Source: Macrostomum hystrix (lineage: Eukaryota > Animalia > Platyhelminthes). Taken from it: a stretch of DNA of 64,000 bases. The translations under genes were made by a program, and so were the position numbers. Below are positions 24,001 through 37,600 of this stretch, piece after piece; position 1 is the first letter of the stretch, and every line of letters begins with the position of its first letter. The stretch spans positions 7,998,001 through 8,062,000 of the forward strand of contig CATNEN010000003.1 of assembly GCA_950097015.1 (NCBI GenBank), given 5' to 3'. The notes beneath the pieces are model-generated. The model worked only from the letters and a program-made list of their open reading frames with translations, searched no databases and had not been told where the DNA came from.

Positions 24001-27000
24001 CAAAGCTTAATGCGACAAGACTGCCACTGCGAACTCACACAGCACATTTAGAGTCTCGCTTGTTGCCGAATTGTTGAACAAGACTTTGCCTTCAGCAGTC
24101 TGTACAACCTGGCAGGCGATGCTCTTCTTGTTGTCAGTGGCCAGGGCGCTGATGGTCCACACGGACGAGGCATTCGATTTTGAAGGATTCTGTTGAAGAG
24201 AAAAAGTTTCAGTAAACAACTAGCGACTCATTTCCTAAGACAACTTAAGAGCACTGAAGTTGTTAGGTGGTCTTAAGTTCTTAGGTGTTATTAAGTTGTC
24301 CTTGCTAATTTCCAGCACTTCATGTCCACCGGAACGCCTCTGCTGAACAACATTTCTATTTGCTCCATACCTTCCAGATTTATGAGATTCTTTTCAATAC
24401 CGAAACAGTGTACTCTACACAACTTGTCCACCCGCGACAAAAGGAGATCATGTCGGAAGGGATTCAAAATGCGCTATTTAACAGACATGTAGCAGAATAT
24501 ACGGACAGACCTATTATTCAGACCAAACAAAATTATTAAGTAATTTATTAAGTTGCTCATTGTTTCAGCCACCCTTAATTCAGAATTACCTTGAGCTGCG
24601 TGAGACTTCTACCACTGACTGAGCAGCTGGGCACAGCAGGTGGATTTCCTGGCTCGGAGATTTGCAAGGTGAAGTTCGCAGGAACTCCTGCTTGTAACTC
24701 CTTAGGCGGTAGTTTGATCAAAAAATTTTCTGCTGTGTCTGTGAAAGTAAGCATTGAATGAATTACGCTGGCAATGAAATCGAACATAATCGTAAAAGCA
24801 AAGATTTTGGTAATTCGATTCGGAGAAGAATTCGGAGAAGATTTTGGTAACGTTTTCGTAGATGTCGGATGTCTGCAAACCGGTGATTTCTGGTTTGGGA
24901 GGCTGGTCTGAGGAGTCAGGATTCGATCATCAAGTGATTTTAAAATGTAAAGGGCATCCAGTAGGTAAAAGTGTACATTCTTTAAGGAGGTCCTCATGAA
25001 CTCACAGAATACGTTGACACTCTGATTGAAGTTGCTCAGCAGATCTGCCGCACTGCCCTGACTCACTCTGCACATCACAGAGCCTCCGTTCATTCGTCTG
25101 CTGGACGTCGAGCTGAAGTTGGTGACGAGTTCCAGCTGTGGAATATCCTGAGTGCGCGGAGAAGTCGCATTTCTCGCATGCGTCACAGTCATGCGGATGT
25201 TTTGACTGCCAGCCACCTGCAGCCAGCACTCATGACTGGGTGCAGGATTCCCACCGACTGACGTCACAGAGACTGAGATGGCCTCGCCCTCTTTCACATC
25301 CAGGGGCTGAGTTGCCGACCATGAGTTATTTGATGCATCTGTGCATGAGTAACAGTTTTAGAATCAATTTCAGATTTGATTGTAGCAAAGCTTAATGCGA
25401 CAAGACTGCCACTGCGAACTCACACAGCACATTTAGAGTCTCGCTTGTTGCCGAATTGTTGAACAAGACTTTGCCTTCAGCAGTCTGTACAACCTGGCAG
25501 GCGATGCTCTTCTTGTTGTCAGTGGCCAGGGCGCTGATGGTCCACACGGACGAGGCATTCGATTTTGAAGGATTCTGTTGAAGAGTAAATGTTTCAGTAA
25601 ACAACTAGCGACTCATTTCCTAAGACAACTTAAGAGCACTGAAGTTGTTAAGTGGTCTTAAGTTCTTAGGTGTTCTTAAGTTGTCCTTGCTAATTTCCTG
25701 CACTTCATGTCCACCGGAATGCCTCTGCTGAGCATCATTTCTATTTGCTCCATACCTTCCAGATTTATGAGATTATTTTCAAAACCGAAACAGTGTACTC
25801 TACACAACTTGTCCACCCGCGAGAAAAGAAGATCATGTCGGAAGCGATTCAAAATGCGCTATTTAACAGACATGTAGCAGAATATACGGACAGACCTATT
25901 ATTCATACCAAAAATTATTATAAAGTAATTTATTAGGTTGCTCATTGTTTCAGCCACCCTTAATTCAGAATTACCTTGAGCTGCGTGAGACTTCTACCAC
26001 TGACTGAGCAGCTGGGCACAGCAGGTGGAATTCCTGGCTCGGAGATTTGCAAGGTGAAGTTCGCAGGAATTCCTGCTTGTAACTCCTTTGGCGGTAGTTT
26101 GATCAAAAAATGTTGTGCTGTGTCTGTGAAAGTAAGGATTGAATAAATTACGCTGGCAAGGAAATAAAACATAAAGTAAAAATAATATTCAGTTAATCGT
26201 AAAAACAAAAACATGTAAAATGAAATGAAGGAGAACTAAATAAGAAACGAATAGTCCTTTTTTACGAATTAAAACGAATAGATAAGCAAAGAGCTCACAC
26301 AGCACATCAGGCAGCGGATGACGGACCCAGGTCTCGAGGAGTCCTGACTGATTCACCAGGCACGCAATCGATGCTGAGCTGCCCCAGAGTCTGCTCACAT
26401 TCACCGAGAATGTGCTGCTCATGTTGCTGCTCTGAATAGAATATTTACGAAATCGATTCACTGAATTTATTATTTATCTACTGAAGGTAGATTAAGGATT
26501 TACAGCAAGGAAACTTGAGCGATGTGAATCGAAATCCTGATAGTCTTATAGTCTTAGAGTCAAACCGCTCAGTGCTGGAAAATTTACTCCACAATCAATT
26601 ATTCGGCAGTCATGGTGCCTCTTTTGTAAATCATAAAAGAAAACTTTGTTGCATTGTTAGTAGTGTATAATTAAAATTTATCAACTCAGTTGAAAACCAA
26701 ATTCTAGTATTATATTTCAACAATCCTTTCATTAGATTTTCCTGAAATTAGCAGCTTTTCAATTAGCTGGTTTTCAACCATGATGCTTCAGTCTGGTCTG
26801 TCATTACACAACATTGCTGTTTGGAGAAATTCAAGTTCAATTCGAGACTCACTGAAATCATTCGAAGCGATTCATTAGCGCTCCCGGACTGCAGCAAGCA
26901 GGCGTGACTGGTTGGCACCCAGTTGTCAGTCGATGAGTCAGCTGTCACATTTACGACTGCACCATCGATCCAGCTGATGCTCGGTGGCATTACGAATTTG

Positions 27001-29116
27001 CTCTGCGATGGCTCTGCAATGAATATATTAAATTGTTGCTTAATTTTACTGCAGGCACAAAAATTAAGCAATGCGCAATTTATTCATTAAAAAACACACT
27101 TAATATGCGAGGCAGCTTGGCTGTCTTCTGTTTAAAATCTTCAGATCCCGGCATCTGATATACGCATCGAACTTTGGCACCCACGTGAGCATTGGTCACA
27201 TTTATTCCGAAATTTGTGCTCAGGTTATACGTAGAGCTGGTGACGTCCTTGGCTTTCGTGCTCTGTGAATCGATGCATTGTGCTCATATTTCATTCACGT
27301 TAGACTACATCTGGCCACCGACTTTGAATTTCGTTGAGCTACTCACAGAGAGTGGCGCCATTTCCCCGTAGTCTGGAAGTTTGTCATTTGTATCATTAGT
27401 TTTATCAGCTGCACTGAGCAGGAAGCACCTGTGCACAGGCACAGGGAACGAGTCTTCAGTGCTGAATGTGAAAAATGCCGGCTTGCCGACGACCCAGAGC
27501 TTCGTGACACTCATATCCAGATTGTAAGCCTTGGGGCTCACTGAAAACAAATTCGGGATGGAGTGAAGTTAAGTGACCAATTTTAAGCTTCAATATACTA
27601 AAGAAGCTTTTTGTTCAAAATTAAAGCTAAAAAGTAGATGATGAGAAACAGATAATGTAGAGCTTCCGAGATGTCTCCAGCTGACTCCCATCGCTGCAGC
27701 TATGCTGGCACTGCAGCAGAGCTCCGTGCAATTCCGTACTCATGATGAACTCTTGGAGAATAATGAATTCCCTCATCGCAGATTTCTACAATGAACGGAG
27801 CACAAATTGATGGAAACCTTCAGTTCAATTGCTTCAAACTCGAAACTAAGAGGCAACATCTAACGCGTACAGTCTTTAGAGGTAAGACGGTCCCGTTCCC
27901 AATTTTTATGCTGCATGTTGATGAACTGGTCACATTGTGACAGGGCAGCCACGCCTTTATCATCAGCCCATCTTTTGGTTTGAGAAGCGACAGTTTTGTC
28001 TCAGAGCAGGTGTTCTGGGATGACATCAAGCAGAAGTCAGCGGCTGAAGTTTTATCAAGGGTCAGCAATCAATGCCATTGAGAATGTGACCAGTGCAATG
28101 AGAGCACTGAAACTCACTTTCAATGTTCAGAAGCCTGAAGTTCATGTACTTGTCAGTCTGGTTGCCCACGAATTTTCTCAGCAGCACAAACTAATGGAAA
28201 GTGAGGTTTGCAACGCGCGAACATGAAAATTCAAAACAGAAATATTGGTAGAAAGAAAGCTTACACACCATGGAATCCTTTACATCTGTGCAGTTCACTT
28301 TGTATACCCGACCCGGAACCTCTGAATAGCCGATGGAGCCGCACAGGTGAAATCCGGACACATCGGGAGTGATTCTCGATGTGCAAGCAGGTGGATTCTC
28401 AGTAAAAGATGTCGGCCTCTTGTTGCTGAGCAGAATCTCGATGCCTTGAGCTCTGATCCTCTCCTGTTCTGGAGCTGAAGTGAGTTCAACGCAGTTTTTA
28501 GGAAATCTTCTCAATTTATAGTTTCCTGGATGCACAAAAACTGGAGCTGCTCGGTAACTTACAGTCAGTTCGGCCATAGACAGTCACCGATTTTATTTGA
28601 ACAGGTCGGTTCAGCTTCAGCAGCAGCCACTGGTAGCCCGAGCTGTCCGGAGTGTCGCTGGAGTGAAAATAGTCAAACTGGCCTGGTCTGACCGATGAGT
28701 GTCGGAAGCAGCGACTGTCGCTCTCGAGCATGGACGACTGCCAGGCGTCGGCGACTTCGGCTTTGGTGACGTTGAAGCCGCTGCCTGCTAAACTATCATC
28801 CCTGCTCTCAGCTTCTGTGGTTAATGAACACGAGGATTCTCAAGTTATACTTTAGGATCATAAGTCCAGAAGATCATAAGATTCAACAGTGAAAAAAAGT
28901 TCTATGAATTCTTTTAGCCCACTCGTTGGCACTAAATTTTCACTTGAATTCCGTCAAATGGCAGATGAGTTTTTTTGCTCAATACGAGAGTCCCAGCTTA
29001 TCGAGATTCAACAGCATGAGTATTGAGTGCGAATAATATTGCGAAGAATACTTACTGCAGTAAACACAGCTGAAGATGCAGCTAGATAATAGCAGAAGAT
29101 GCAGTCGGAAGATCAT
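21098..29116 (-). CDS. Receptor A: signal peptide + F-type-lectin-like domain + 10 Ig-like domains + TM + ITIM/ITSM-like tail (~1361 aa, 24 exons)
   Basis: Phase-consistent GT-AG exons: 29056-29116, 28563-28814, 28269-28474, 28118-28190, 27871-28043, 27650-27785, 27347-27540, 27100-27262, 26853-27013, 26299-26431, 25975-26123, 25424-25574, 25006-25338, 24590-24738, 24039-24189, 23621-23953, 23374-23510, 23126-23282, 22881-23035, 22663-22807, 22443-22570, 22180-22348, 21477-21727, 21098-21223 (4086 nt, no internal stop seen). SP MIFRLHLLLLSSCIFSCVYC; TM WPLLSPLILLPLLLILAVPVWL then HRRR; tail ...SHYLYQNLGNTEYATVVGSVPGLSDSWETLYLPIVGHLDEEGHLVTA*. Confidence 0.85.
23436..26190 (-). repeat. Intragenic tandem duplication (1385-bp period) of the three exons encoding two Ig domains of gene A
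   Basis: Exon boundaries repeat with an exact 1385 offset (26123/24738, 25574/24189, 25338/23953). Junction at ~24800-24850. Confidence 0.93.
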
Positions 29117-31631
29117 TCGGACTGGCAGGTAAAAAGTGAGTTGCAGCTGCAAGTGATCGACTGATTGCTGTCTCTGCTCAGTAGTGTACTTTTCCTCTGA
29201 AAAACAAGCCGCAGGTTTGCAAATTACTGAACCTGTGGAATCGAAGGATTTGTGAAAAATGCAGAAACTCTCAAGAACTAAGTCGACAGCAGCTCCAGAC
29301 TGCACTCAGTTCCCTTTGCTCACATTTAGAGATGCGGACCAGAGCTTTACAGATTTCCGTGAGCTCTTCGTTTATTTCTTCGAAAACAAAAGTGATGTTA
29401 AATTTTAACAAATCCTGGTCAGAAATTCAAGTGCTCTGGCTTGCTTGAGATTGGAAAGATGTAGATATTTGAGAAGCCGCTCAGATTCCACAGTGTCAAG
29501 CTGTTTTATTGCTGCAGAAGTTAGTAAAGCAGTGTCAGGTCCACCGCGTGATTGGTCGCGAAAATGGACTTTCAGTTGCTAGTGATTATAATTGATAAAC
29601 GCCATAAACACAGTAGCCCCGAACTTTGAAAAGGTAAAATGAGCGGCGAAATTTTTATAAGCACAGAAACTGAGAGTGTGAAATGCATTCAATTGCAGAA
29701 AGTCTGTAATTTCACAAAACTTTTCAAATCGTTTAAAAAGCTATTTACAGGGCCAGTACATGGACTAGAAATGGAGTCCAGCATTTTAGATAGATGTTAT
29801 CTAGAAATAATCAACGTGCCATTCTGCTTTCTAACTGAAGGCTAAATTTCTGTTTTGCAGACTGCATAAAAGATGCAAGCCCACGAGATTGTAATTGACA
29901 CGGATTCCTGACGACACGATTGACCAAATTATCTTATGACGATGAGCAGCGCGATTTCGTTATAGCTTGACGGTTTCGGGCTTAGAAAATTTGTGTTAAA
30001 TGTTTCTAATAGAACAGTAGAAAACCGGGAATTGAGAAGTACGAGTACTCGTAAAAGTAGTACTCGTAAAAATGACGGTCGTCTCACTGAATAGTTAAGT
30101 GTATAAAATAGCATTAGACGTAATACTTATTGTGTGTCAATAATACGCATTTTCATAAATTTATTGAAAATCTTGATGCTAGACATGATTTAATAAATAT
30201 TAATTTGTATCTTTCTTTATAGCTGGATGAAAATGCATTCAGATTTAGTGCTTCTTTCTTCAACTTGTTTAGTTCATTCGGTAACGGTAATGTTTTCCTT
30301 AACTTTGTTGTTTGCACTTCGTCTTTGTATTAAAAGACTGAAAGACTAGGCCCTAGGCTGCTGGGCTAGATAATCAGCGAGGCCATATCGCGATTTCATT
30401 GGCCGTGGCTCCAGCCCAGGGGGAGAGTTGACAGGGTGGTTGGCATCCCCCCGGGGTAGTATTGTGAAATTAATCGAGGCGAAAAACACGGTGGTTCGTA
30501 TGCTTCGATTCTGCTTTGATTGTTTTCCGTGTGGAAAAAGAAAAGTATTGAATAATTGTGTGCCAGGGTGCTGTATATTCTATTGAATATTCGTGTTAAT
30601 AGAACATTCCGGAATCCGGAAAGTTTGAGAAGTACTTTCTAGAAAGGGTGCGCGGGAGTTCGAAATACCGAATATAGTAAGTGAGTGTCTACGCGGAAGT
30701 CTCTAGAATACAAGTATTGTATCGTAGGCTATCTTATGCCATGCACGCACGTTGTTTAGTTGGAGAACTGTCTCGAAAATGAAGATTTAAACATGTCATA
30801 GAATATCACAGAAAACAGAAATACGCCAGGACACTTATATAATACTCGTACGATGAATACGCTGCAATAGCTTTTCTTCTTTCATATGAGACTGTCATAA
30901 ATTATGAAATTATGAAATTATCTGAACTTAGGAAATAGAAATCAATAACAGGAACAAGCCCAGAAATTTGATCTCAGATCTGCCTTCATTAACTTTCATA
31001 TTGCCCGCTCAAAGAGGCAGTGATATTAAGCTAATACAAAATATTGCAAAGGCTAAAAATACTATTAAGTATAATTCTAGTCCTGTCATGCATAAAGTAG
31101 CTCTACTTCACAAACACAAGCATTTTTGCACGACATGCTGCAGTGCGAATTACTTCTAGAGTAATGAGAAATCAAGGCTGAAACTAAAGGTGCAAAAGTA
31201 TCAGTGGCTCAAGATTTACAATTAGGAGTCCTAATGAATCAGTAGTGTAGCAGAACTTTGCTAGATTATAAATGTGGCTTTGTGACAGCTGCATCACGCA
31301 ATTATAACTGCAAAGCCTATCAGCAGTTCCCATTGATTTCGTATGGATATTGGCCGAATTTTAATCTGAAACATCCTTATTAAAGACGCTTTAAATGTGG
31401 CTACTAGTTGTTGATTAGCTCAACTACAGGCCAACATAACTCTCACTTGTTTCAAATAGTTATAATGCACAGTCTTAATGAGTAAACTCAGATATCAATG
31501 GAAGTCAGCAAAGTGTTCTTAGTGGACAACGACAAAGCCAGAAGAATGTTCAGAAGAAATTCATTAACTGTCATTCGGTCGAAACCCACAGGCCATACGC
31601 CACTGACAGAATCAGGCTATTCATTCTTTCT

Positions 31632-34600
31632 TCACTCTTCATAGTAGTAGACAGTCTGCAATAAAAAAGAGTTCGGTCATAAATAATTACAAAAAATGTT
31701 TTTTTAATTGCAATGACTACTTATAGTAGTTGACTAACATTCGGATCGGCGGGATTCGAAACTTCAGCAGGTCGTCTCGCTAGCATCTCAACAGCCTCAC
31801 ATTGGCTGGTGGCGGCCGGTCGCTTCCGCCTCAGCACAATGGCGGCCACCGAGGCTCCGACTGCAGCAGCTGCGACCAGCGAGCAGCTGAGTGTCACGAT
31901 TGGCAACGCTGCGCCACTGCTGACTGCCGGTGTCTGTCTGGAACTCGCTGAAGCAAAATATGCCAGAGTGAAGTTCAGTCAGAGCTCAGGTAATTGTCTA
32001 CAAAGACCTAAATTCTTTGTCCATCTACTGCTATTCAGTCATCAGCGGCTCACGGAAGACGGCCCGAAAGGTGGTTGAGCTCCTTGCGGGGCTGAACAGA
32101 GTTCCGAGACCAGGCCAGCTCTGGTTTATCAGACACGTGACCGTGACCTCCGCCTGCGGCTCCATGAACCAATGGGACAGCCGAGCACTACGAATCCAGC
32201 CTCCGCTTCTGCCTCTGGTGTCGGGCTCCGGAGTCAGCTGCTCAGAGGATAGAAGTGCGACGAGAGTTTCTTTCGAGACAATGGTGTGAGTTATGCCTCT
32301 AACTCAAAGACTCAAATGACTCAAGTGAAAAGATCCCTCACTGTCAGGCCTTCAATGCTGACTGAGTCGGACCTCAGAGAGCAGCGCAGCTCCGGCTTCG
32401 GGTTTCCCTCCAGCGTCCTCCCAATGAGACTGAGCTCAGAGCCGTTCAGCAGCTGGCCGGACCAGCCGATGCTGTTTGAGGCGACTGCGGGACGGTTTGA
32501 GGGATGAGCAGTCAAGACTCTCAAGTGTCGTTCTGTAATTAGGGCTCTGAATATCCTCTGAAGTTCTATGCAAGAAACTCCACATTCATGTTACCTATCT
32601 CATTAAATGTAACAAGGACTCACAGAAAACCTGAACACTTTGTTGAAAGCGCTTCGGAAATTCCTTCACAGCTGTCTGATAGACAACGCACATCAGGGAG
32701 CCGTTGTTCATTCGCCTTGCTGATGGCACGCTGAAGTTGGTCTCCAGCTCCCTGTCCAAGTTCTTGCGCAGAGTTTCAGCTGTCAAGTTGATCACGAGAC
32801 TATCTGCTGATATCACCCAGCACCAGTGGCCAGTGGGCTCAGGGTTGCCACCGACTGACCTCACTGAGACAGCCAAAGGCTCGCCTTCCCTCACGAGCAG
32901 CGGCTGATTGGCACTCCACGAGCAGTTTGACAGATCTTTTTTGGGGAACAAAAAATGGATAAGACTGCACCTTGTCCTTTTAGTTTAGGTTTGGATGCGC
33001 TCATTTGAGATGAACTTACGCAGCACATTCAGCGCCTCGCTGATTACAGATAAATAAAAAACTGTTGCATCTTTTCCAGTGGACTGTATCACATGGCAGT
33101 TGATGCTCATTCCGTCGTCGCCAGCGATGGCATCGAGTATCCACGTCGATGAGGCATCGAGGGCAGTTGGAGGCTGAAGTTTGAGTTGTTTTGGCATCAC
33201 TAAATAGAATTGCACTGAATGCTGCATTTGCTGCAGACTCACTTTGATTTGTGATAAAGTTCTTCCCGCAACGGAGCAGATGTGCTGAGCAGGCGGATTC
33301 CCAATGTCCGATGCAGCGAGCTCAAACTGAACTGCCGATCCACTTTGGATTGGTCCATCGGGCAATCGGATCGATGCGTTGCGAACCGGGACTGCAATTC
33401 AAGAGTCTGGGCTGAAAACTGAAGGGCTTTTGACAGTGTCAGTATGCTTGATTCACTTGAAGATGGAAGGTGAGAACCTAATTGACTTTCAATAGTGTTC
33501 GTGGGTGCATGAAAGTTTTAGCGAAAAATTGAATTTGGTCTAATTTCTAACACATCAACTCGCCATGAAGGTAGAATATGTGTGGACGAGGTAATTTTCG
33601 CTGGGCTGGCATTGTAGCATCATGTGAGTTATAATATTTTATTTAAACTCTTGAGCTTTTCTAATGCATTTCGTGCTAGATTTACCGCTTTGGGTGTCAG
33701 CGGTCCTTCTCAGTTTACTGATTTTCATGACTCGACCAATTCTTAATAAACATGGTCAATTCGGAATGGAATTTCTATTTTTATTAGTCAAATTGTCGCT
33801 TGTAAACTGCAAATTGTTGGAAACCATCTATAAATATCTGATAAAGTAACAGGTGTGGAAATGAACCATCGCCTTTATGCTCATAGCAGCAAGCCAGCAA
33901 AATCCACGGCAAGTTAATTACAAAAGCAGATCCTACTGCATTCTATTTTTGTCGTGTCAATCGAACAACGTCTATTATTGTTTGATATGCCGATCTGAAG
34001 CGGATGTAGTTTTGCTTGGCAGAAATGGCTCGCATTTACCAAAGTGCAGCAATTTCTAGATTCAGTGAATGCCGAGATCAAATTTGCAGTCAAATGCTAA
34101 AGTTGGCCCTTGAAGCCTGAGAATAAGTGGTGTACGTACTCAACTCTAAATGATGAAGCGATTCCAAAACAACGAAAGAAAAGCTATTATTGGCGCAAGC
34201 TTTCAAACAGACTCTAAAGACCTTGTTCCGTCTTCTCAGTTGATGCTTTGTGACGCTCTGCTTTCATAATTTCAGAAATAACATCGACTAAATGGAAAGT
34301 ATTTTCATAAAGCTGCTTGCAACCCAACCTTCAATTTTCTATAATTCTAGCAAAAATACATCAGCCAGCGTTTTGCAAGACATGGAGAACTTCAGGACAA
34401 AAGTGCTTAAATCGCTTAAAACCATCAGCTTACAGTAAACAATGAGAGTCAAATTCCTCCATTCCGTCAGAACTTTGTCCTGCTCGAATTTGCACCTGAG
34501 TATCTTCTCATGGTGCACCCTCGAGGCTTGAAGCCAGAAATTCTTCATCATTATCGATTTCTCCGTCACATTTCTGGTCTGTAGGAAAGCAGACGAATGA

Positions 34601-37600
34601 GCTAGTCACAAAAAAACCAGTTGATGAAGATAACAAGCAAGGTACGTACATGAAATTTACTCTCAGACAGACTCAGATCTCCTACAAAGCACTCGAGTTC
34701 GCTGACTGTTGGTCTGCCACCAGCTGACTCGAGCGTGACGTTCAGGATGTTGCCTTCAGCGATCTCGAAACTTGGACTTATCAGCAGAGAATTGTTGGCC
34801 ATGTCTGGAATCAGATGATCAGCACTCAGCTGTCTGGCATGCTTATAACAAAGTTCAATCAGAAGCAGAGAGAACACAGTGAGTTTGGTCTCACAGTTCA
34901 CTTGAAAGACCACTGCGGTGCTGCTGTTGAACACGGTCTGTGAGTTTAGAACTTGCTCAGCTGAGCACTGAATGGTGCTGCTCTGTCTATGCGGATGGAA
35001 ACTCACTTCTGTTGTAACTCTATTTGACACGACTTTGCTTGATAGCTGACTCTGAAATATTGCCAGTTTTATGATAAAGAGAACAGTTTATGCTGTGTTC
35101 AAATAACTTTTTTCTTGAAAGTGTAAATGAAAATCAGCTCACAATCAGGCCGCGGTCAGCGCTGCATTTGTGAGTCACTTTCGGATTCCCGTCACCCGAT
35201 GTGACGGAGAAGTTTTTGGTAACGTTTTCGTAGATGTCGGATGTCTGCAAGCCGGTGATTTCTGTTTTGGGAGGCTGGTCTGAGGAGTCGGTTTGATAGT
35301 CAAGTGATTTTAAAATGTAAAGGGCATCCAGTAGGTAAAAGTGTACATTATTTAAGGAGATCCTCATGAACTCACAGAATACGTTGACACTCTGATTGAA
35401 GTTGCTCAGCAGATCTGCCGCACTGCCCTGACTCACTCTGCACATCACAGAGCCTCCGTTCATTCGTCTGCTGGATGTCGAGCTGAAGTTGGTGACGAGT
35501 TCCAGCTGTGGAATATCCTGAGTGCGCGGAGAAGTCGCATTTCTCGCATGCGTCACATTCATGCGGATGTTTTGACTGCCAGCCACCTGCAGCCAGCACT
35601 CATGACTGGGTGCAGGATTCCCACCGACTGACGTCACAGAGACTGAGATGGCCTCGCCCTCTTTCACATCCAGGGGCTGAGTTGCCGACCATGAGTTATT
35701 TGATGCATCTGTGCATGAGTAACAGTTTTAGAATCAATTTCAGATTTGATTGTAGCAAAGCTTAATGCGACAAGACTGCCACTGCGAACTCACACAGCAC
35801 ATTTAGAGTCTCGCTTGTTGCCGAATTGTTGAACAAGACTTTGCCTTCAGCAGTCTGTACAACCTGGCAGGCGATGCTCTTCTTGTTGTCAGTGGCCAGG
35901 GCGCTGATGGTCCACACGGACGAGGCATTCGATTTTGAAGGATTCTGTTGAAGAGTAAAAGTTTCAGTAAACAACTAGCGACTCATTTCCTAAGAAAAGT
36001 TAAGAGCACTGAAGTTGTTAAGTGGTCTTAAGTTCTTAGGTGTTCTTAAGTTGTCCTTGCTAATTTCCAGCACTTCATGTCCACCGGAATGCCTCTGCTG
36101 AACATCATTTCTATTTGCTCCATACCTTCCAGATTTATGAGATTATTTTCAAAACCGAAACAGTGTACTCTACACAACTTGTCCACCCGCGAGAAAAGAA
36201 GATCATGTCGGAAGGGATTCAAAATACGCTATTTAACAGACATGTAGCAGAATATACGGACAGACCTATTATTCAGACCAAACAATATTATTAAGCAATT
36301 TATTAAGTTGGTCATTGTTTCAGCCACCCTTAATTCAGAATTACCTTGAGCTGCGTGAGACTTCTACCACTGACTGAGCAGCTGGGCACAGCAGGTGGAT
36401 TTCCTGGCTCGGAGATTTGCAAGGTGAAGTTCGCAGGAACTCCTGCTTGTAACTCCTTTGGCGGTAGTTTGATCAAAAAATGTTGTGCTGTGTCTGTGAA
36501 AGTAAGCATTGATTAAATTACGCTGGCAAGGAAATTAAACATAAATTAAATATAATATTTAGTTAATCGTAAAAACAAAACATGTAAAATGAAATGAACA
36601 AGAACTAAATAAGAAACGAATAGTCGTTAGTTAAGAATTAAAACGAATAGATAAGCAAATAACTCACACAGCACATCAGGCAGCGGATGACGGACCCAGG
36701 TCTCGAGGAGTCCTGACTGATTCACCAGGCACGCAATCGATGCTGAGCTGCCCCAGAGTCTGCTCACAATCACCGAGAATGTGCTGCTCATGTTGCTGCT
36801 CTGAATAGAATATTTACGAAATCGATTCACTGAATTTATTATTTATCTAAATGAAGGTAGATTAAGGATTTACAGCAAGGAAACGTGAGCGATGTGAATC
36901 GAAATCCAGAGACTCTTATAGTCTTAGAGTCAAACCGCTCACTGCTTGAAAATTTACTCCACAATCAAATATTCGGCAGTCATGGTGCCTCTTTTGTAAA
37001 TCATAAAAGAAAACTTTGTTGCATTGTTAGCAGTGTATAATTAAAATTTATCAACTCAGTAGAAAACCGAATTCTAGTATTATATTTCAACAATCCTTTC
37101 ATTAGATTTTCTTGAAATTTGCAGCTTTTCAATTAGCTGGTTTTCAACCATGATGCTTCAGTCTGGTCTGTCATTACACAACATTGCTGTTTGGAGAAAT
37201 TCAAGTTCAATTCGAGACTCACTGAAATCATTCGAAGCGATTTATTAGCGCTCCCGGACTGCAGCAAGCAGGCGTGACTGGTTGGCACCCAGTAGTCAGT
37301 CGATGAGTCAGCTGTCACATTTACGACTGCACCATCGATCCAGCTGATGCTCGGTGGCATTACGAATTTGCTCTGCGATGGCTCTGCAACGAATATATTA
37401 AACTGTTGCTTAATTTTACTGCAGGCACAAAAAATTACGCAATGCGCAATTTATTCATTAAAAAAACACACTTAATATGCGAGGCAGCTTGGCTGTCTTC
37501 TGTTTAAAATGTTCAGATCCCGGCATCTGATATCCGCATCGAACTTTGGCACCCACGTGAGCATTGGTCACATTTATTCCGAAATTTGTGCTCGTGTCAT

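Noticed and set aside
30260-30800. Possible solo LTR between genes A and B
   Set aside because: Composition resembles the 1723-2154 LTR, but I could not find matching TG..CA ends with a TSD.
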